DNA of 29,105 nucleotides, taken from Calditrichaceae bacterium. GTDB lineage: Bacteria > Calditrichota > Calditrichia > Calditrichales > JBFXGD01. The translations under genes and the position numbers were made by a program. Numbering within the stretch: the first letter of the stretch is position 1; each line of letters opens with the position of its first letter. Positions 25,167 to 29,105 of the stretch are shown here, one piece after another. Under the pieces are notes generated by a model. That model was not told where the DNA came from and did no database searches. It saw only the letters and a program-made list of their open reading frames with translations. The DNA is taken from NCBI GenBank assembly GCA_050173015.1, contig JBFXLE010000035.1, forward strand, positions 1 to 29,105, given 5' to 3'.

Positions 25167-26435
25167 ATGACAAGAAAAAAAATATTTTGGATAGGCGGCA
25201 TTGTAATTCTTGTCGTAATAGCGGCAGTTTTATTTTCAATGAATGGCAACAATGAAGAAGCTGTTACCGTTCAGACGGCTCAGGTTGATGAGCAGAAGAT
25301 TGTTGAAACCGTGACCGCCACGGGCATTATACAGCCGGAAACACAGGTAAAAATTAGCGCGGATGTGGCGGCTAAAATTATAAAGCTGGGAGTTAAAGAG
25401 GGCGACTGGGTGGAAAAAGGTCAGTTACTGGCCCAACTGGATCGTGAAAAATTCCTGGCGGTTGTGGAGAGCGCGGAGGCCAATTTGAGATCCATGGAGG
25501 CAACGGCTAACCTGGTAAAAGAGAACATGAATAAAACCGAAAAAGATTATCTGCGTGTCAAAGATTTGTATGAAAAACAACTGGAATCCCAGGCGTCGTT
25601 GGATCAGGCTTACGCGGCTTATAAAGTCGAAATAGCGCGTCATCAGTCAAATCTGGAACAGGTGGATCAGGCAAAAGCATCTCTTAAACAAGCCAAAGAC
25701 GATTTATCCAAAACCACCATTTATGCCCCCATGGCCGGAACGGTTAGTCAATTAAATAAAGAAGTTGGCGAGATAGCGCTGGGATCACAGTTCCAGGAAG
25801 ATGTCATAATGGTCATATCCAATCTGACGGGAATGGAAGCGCTGGTGGATGTGGATGAAAACGATATTGTTTCCGTACATCTTGCTGACAGCGCTTCCAT
25901 AGAAGTAGACGCGCTTCCGGATCATGTATTTCGGGGAGCAGTCAGTGAAATCGCCAGCAGCGCCAAGGTGAATGCCACGGGTACGGCTGATCAAAAAACC
26001 GAATTTGAAGTAAAAGTCAGATTGAAGAATCCGGGTGAACAATTGAGACCGGGGATGACGGCAACCGCCGATATTATAACGGAAACCCGGGATAATGTCC
26101 TGGCCATTCCTATCCAATGTGTCACTCTTCGCACTCCGGAACAATTAAAAGCCTCCGGGTCGCAAAAAACATCTGAGGACTCTCTCGCCGGTTCGGAATA
26201 TGTCCCTGATAAAGACGGATTTGTCCCAATTGTATTTGTCATTAATGATGATCAGGTAAAGGCTGTACAGGTTGAAACGGGCATTCAAAGCGAAACTCAT
26301 ATTGAGATAAGAACCGGACTGGATAAAGGGAATGAAATTGTCACCGGCAACTTCAGGGCAATCAGCGAAACACTTCAGAATGATACCCGGATAAAAGTGG
26401 AGAATGAAAATCAGTCTCCGCTCGTAAAAAAATAA
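25167..26435 (+). CDS. MacA-like efflux periplasmic adaptor (HlyD family)
   Basis: N-terminal TM anchor, VKEGDWVEKGQLL, TIYAPMAGTV, VDENDI, LRPGMTA; GGAG RBS. Confidence 0.93.
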   Translation: MTRKKIFWIGGIVILVVIAAVLFSMNGNNEEAVTVQTAQVDEQKIVETVTATGIIQPETQVKISADVAAKIIKLGVKEGDWVEKGQLLAQLDREKFLAVVESAEANLRSMEATANLVKENMNKTEKDYLRVKDLYEKQLESQASLDQAYAAYKVEIARHQSNLEQVDQAKASLKQAKDDLSKTTIYAPMAGTVSQLNKEVGEIALGSQFQEDVIMVISNLTGMEALVDVDENDIVSVHLADSASIEVDALPDHVFRGAVSEIASSAKVNATGTADQKTEFEVKVRLKNPGEQLRPGMTATADIITETRDNVLAIPIQCVTLRTPEQLKASGSQKTSEDSLAGSEYVPDKDGFVPIVFVINDDQVKAVQVETGIQSETHIEIRTGLDKGNEIVTGNFRAISETLQNDTRIKVENENQSPLVKK

Positions 26436-26462
26436 GCGACAGTTCAATCAGGAACTATCCAT

Positions 26463-27698
26463 ATGAAATCATTGTCGGATAAATTAGAAGCTTTCAGAAT
26501 TGCCATAGATGCCATTATCAGCTATAAAACCCGGGGCATTCTCACAACTCTCGGTATCATTATCGGTATTGTAGCGGTTGTTACGACGATGACAGCGGCG
26601 AATGGTCTCTCCAATAATTTTAAGGAGAGTATTTCCGCCATCGGTTCAGATGTATTATATGTATCAAAATTCCCGTGGGTCTTTTCAGGAAATTTTTTTG
26701 AATTCAGAAACCGGCCCAATCTCACTCTCAAAGACAGTGATAAACTTGAAAGACGGCTAAAAAGCGCCGTGGCGGTAAATCCAACTACCAATACAGAAAA
26801 AGACATTAAATACCGGTCCAATGTGATGGAGAACGTCAATATTATTGGCACGACCGAGAAAAACATCATAGTAACGGACGGTCTGCCTGAGTACGGCCGA
26901 TACCTGACAAATATCGATGTCCAGTTTAATAAAATGGTCTGCGTGATCGGGTCGGAAATAAAGGAAAGGCTGTTCAAAAATATTGATCCTTTAAATAAAG
27001 AGATCAAAATTGGGTGGTACAAGTTTTTAGTGGTGGGCGTCATGGAAAAACAGGGCAGCGCCAGCTTTTTCGGCGGGCCGAATTTTGATAGCCAGATATT
27101 TATCCCCATTACATCATTTGAGAAGTATTACGGAGGATCCAACCGCAATTACACTATCGCGGTGAAAGCTCCGACCCAGGAAGGGATGACCGATTTTAAA
27201 TACGAACTGATCGGGGAAATGAGAAAAATCCGTAAACAAAGACCGGTGGAAAAAGATAATTTTTCGATTAATACGATGGATACTCTGATCGACGCGTATA
27301 ATAATGTTATGGGTGTCGTTGTCCTTATCGGCCTGGTGGTTACGGGAATCTCCCTGTTTGTGGGCGGGATCGGAGTTATGAACATTATGTTTGTCTCTGT
27401 CACCGAGCGAACCCATGAAATTGGAATACGCAAGGCGATTGGGGCTAAAAAGCGAATGATCCTGACACAGTTTCTGTATGAATCTTCCACCATTTGTCTG
27501 ATCGGAGGGATAATAGGCGTCATTCTATCTTTTGGTGTCGCGGCCTTGATCGACAAATATGTGATGCCGGCCAGTATTTCGTTGCCCATTGTGCTGGCGG
27601 CCCTGTTCATTTCCGTACTCACAGGAATCGTATCCGGATTTATACCGGCCTGGCGGGCGTCGAGGCTTAATCCGATCGACGCGCTGTCCTACGAATAG
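26463..27698 (+). CDS. ABC transporter permease (MacB/FtsX family)
   Basis: LTTLGIIIG, periplasmic core, GGIGVMNIMFVSVTERTHEIGIRKAIGA, LNPIDALSYE; no NBD. Confidence 0.95.
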   Translation: MKSLSDKLEAFRIAIDAIISYKTRGILTTLGIIIGIVAVVTTMTAANGLSNNFKESISAIGSDVLYVSKFPWVFSGNFFEFRNRPNLTLKDSDKLERRLKSAVAVNPTTNTEKDIKYRSNVMENVNIIGTTEKNIIVTDGLPEYGRYLTNIDVQFNKMVCVIGSEIKERLFKNIDPLNKEIKIGWYKFLVVGVMEKQGSASFFGGPNFDSQIFIPITSFEKYYGGSNRNYTIAVKAPTQEGMTDFKYELIGEMRKIRKQRPVEKDNFSINTMDTLIDAYNNVMGVVVLIGLVVTGISLFVGGIGVMNIMFVSVTERTHEIGIRKAIGAKKRMILTQFLYESSTICLIGGIIGVILSFGVAALIDKYVMPASISLPIVLAALFISVLTGIVSGFIPAWRASRLNPIDALSYE

Positions 27699-27724
27699 TC
27701 TTATTATAAAAAGAGAGAATTAAG

Positions 27725-28975
27725 ATGGTTGTCAACGATTTGTTTCGAATGGCGTTCACCGCCATCTGGAGCCATAAATTAAGATCGTTTTTGACCCTGA
27801 TAGGAATCATCGCCGGAGTGGCGTCAATCATCGGTGTGATGACGGGGGTATCGGTAATTCAGAAAACGATTGAAGGAGAACTGAGTGTTCTGGGCGGGCA
27901 GGTTTTCCAGGTTCAAAAGTGGTTAAGCGGCCCATCGACCCGTGAAGAAAGGAGAAAGGCCGCTAACCGAAGACCCACGACCGTTGAGCATGCCAATCTG
28001 ATCCGGGAAAACGTAAAGACGGTGACTCTGGTAGGGTCGGAACTTTGGAGTTTTGGCCATGTGGCAAAGTATCGTGATCGTACAACCAACCCGAATATGA
28101 CCATCTGCGGAGGAACACCGGAATATCCTCCAAACAACACCCACTATATATTTCACGGCAGAAATCTTACCCGGGAGGATATTGCCGTGGCCCGACCCGT
28201 TGTCGTGATCGGCTACGCCCTTGCCAATGAACTCTTCCCGTGGATGGATCCGCTGCAGAAAACCATACGTGTTGACGGACGTAAATATACGGTCGTTGGC
28301 GTTTTTGGAGAAAAAAAATCCGCATTTGGCTCAAACTATGACAATTATATCCTGATGCCCATCACACGATTTCAAAAGGTTTACGGAATGATCGATAGAA
28401 ATCGGGGAGGAAATGAGCGGTCCGTTAATATCACGGTCCGGGCGGCCACGCCGGCTTTGTTGCAGGACGCGCTTGAGGAGACCAGGGCATTAATGAGAAA
28501 AGCCCGGGGACTAAAACCGAATGAGGAAGACGATTTTACTATTTTTACCAGTGACAGCCAGATTAAAACTTTTAACGAGACAACCGCCGGAGTCAAAACA
28601 GGGGCATTTGTCATCGGGATTGTGGCGCTGATAGTCGCCGGTATCGGCATCATGAATATCATGCTGGTTTCCGTAACCGAGAGAACCAGGGAAATCGGAG
28701 TGCGTAAAGCCCTTGGAGCAAAAAGAAAAAATATCCTGCTGCAGTTTCTGATCGAAGCCATCATCCTGTCCAATATCGGCGGCGTAATTGGTGTGCTGGT
28801 GGGATTTGGTCTGGGGAATCTGGTGAGCGTTTTTACAGGATTTACCCTCAATGTGCCGATGGACTGGGCGATCATCGGACTCGCCTTTTGCACGGCGATC
28901 GGGCTCATATTTGGATTTTGGCCGGCCTACAAGGCATCGACGCTGGTGCCGGTAGCGGCATTGAGGTATGAGTGA
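27725..28975 (+). CDS. ABC transporter permease (MacB/FtsX family)
   Basis: RSFLTLIGII, GIGIMNIMLVSVTERTREIGVRKALGA, ALRYE; no NBD. Confidence 0.95.
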   Translation: MVVNDLFRMAFTAIWSHKLRSFLTLIGIIAGVASIIGVMTGVSVIQKTIEGELSVLGGQVFQVQKWLSGPSTREERRKAANRRPTTVEHANLIRENVKTVTLVGSELWSFGHVAKYRDRTTNPNMTICGGTPEYPPNNTHYIFHGRNLTREDIAVARPVVVIGYALANELFPWMDPLQKTIRVDGRKYTVVGVFGEKKSAFGSNYDNYILMPITRFQKVYGMIDRNRGGNERSVNITVRAATPALLQDALEETRALMRKARGLKPNEEDDFTIFTSDSQIKTFNETTAGVKTGAFVIGIVALIVAGIGIMNIMLVSVTERTREIGVRKALGAKRKNILLQFLIEAIILSNIGGVIGVLVGFGLGNLVSVFTGFTLNVPMDWAIIGLAFCTAIGLIFGFWPAYKASTLVPVAALRYE

Positions 28976-29000
28976 GGGAAAGTGACTTGTCCTGAATAAA

Positions 29001-29029
29001 TTGACAAAAAAGTGTTAATTTATTACCCT
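29001..29029 (+). promoter_or_regulatory. sigma70 promoter for the next gene
   Basis: TTGACA-N17-TACCCT; inverted repeat ACCCTT-N5-AAGGGT at 29025-29041. Confidence 0.55.
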
Positions 29030-29069
29030 TGCCCAAAGGGTGCTACTCTAAACAAAGAAAGGGATCTTT

Positions 29070-29105
29070 ATGGAAGGACAAGATGTATGTCTGCGTTATA
29101 GCGCA
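29070..29105 (+). CDS. 5' end of an unidentified gene (MEGQDVCLRYSA...)
   Basis: GAAAGGGA RBS then ATG, open to the window end. Confidence 0.4.
   Translation, partial: MEGQDVCLRYSA

Noticed and set aside
26522-28908. Long antisense ORFs over the permeases (and similar ones across the window)
   Set aside because: Shadow frames of well-supported genes; no independent motifs.
29024-29042. CsoR-like operator TACCC...GGGT
   Set aside because: Spacer is longer than the usual motif and the downstream gene is not visible.

Overview
Bacterial chromosomal window of moderate GC with no rRNA, tRNA, CRISPR or transposase. The gene families resemble those of FCB-group/Calditrichota-like anaerobes (inference only). 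Layout: (1) a 0.35-kb pyrimidine-rich, 7-nt-periodic repeat region with REP-like palindromes; (2) lipoprotein, CocE/NonD hydrolase and threonine synthase (+); (3) a TetR-TolC-MFP-RND efflux operon (-); (4) a PiT-family phosphate transporter (+) with a strong terminator; (5) a ~10-kb, 14-gene co-directional cluster led by a DUF134 DNA-binding protein: ferredoxin, NifB/NifX protein, split permease, CGGC protein, 60-aa Cys/His mini-protein, degenerate KaiC/RAD55 ATPase, MBL hydrolase, Cys-free DUF59 protein, radical SAM, Fe-S flavoenzyme, MFS and a putative metal exporter; (6) a hypothetical protein with a possibly frameshifted 5' end and a UPF0126/TRIC membrane protein; (7) a MacA-like MFP plus two MacB-like permeases with no ATPase. 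Best leads: the DUF134 cluster, whose promoter carries two copies of the palindrome AATGA(A/G)CATA(A/T)GTTCA(T/A)T, a candidate operator for this uncharacterised regulator family; and a matching ECF-sigma promoter (AAC-N16-CGTA) ahead of both efflux operons.
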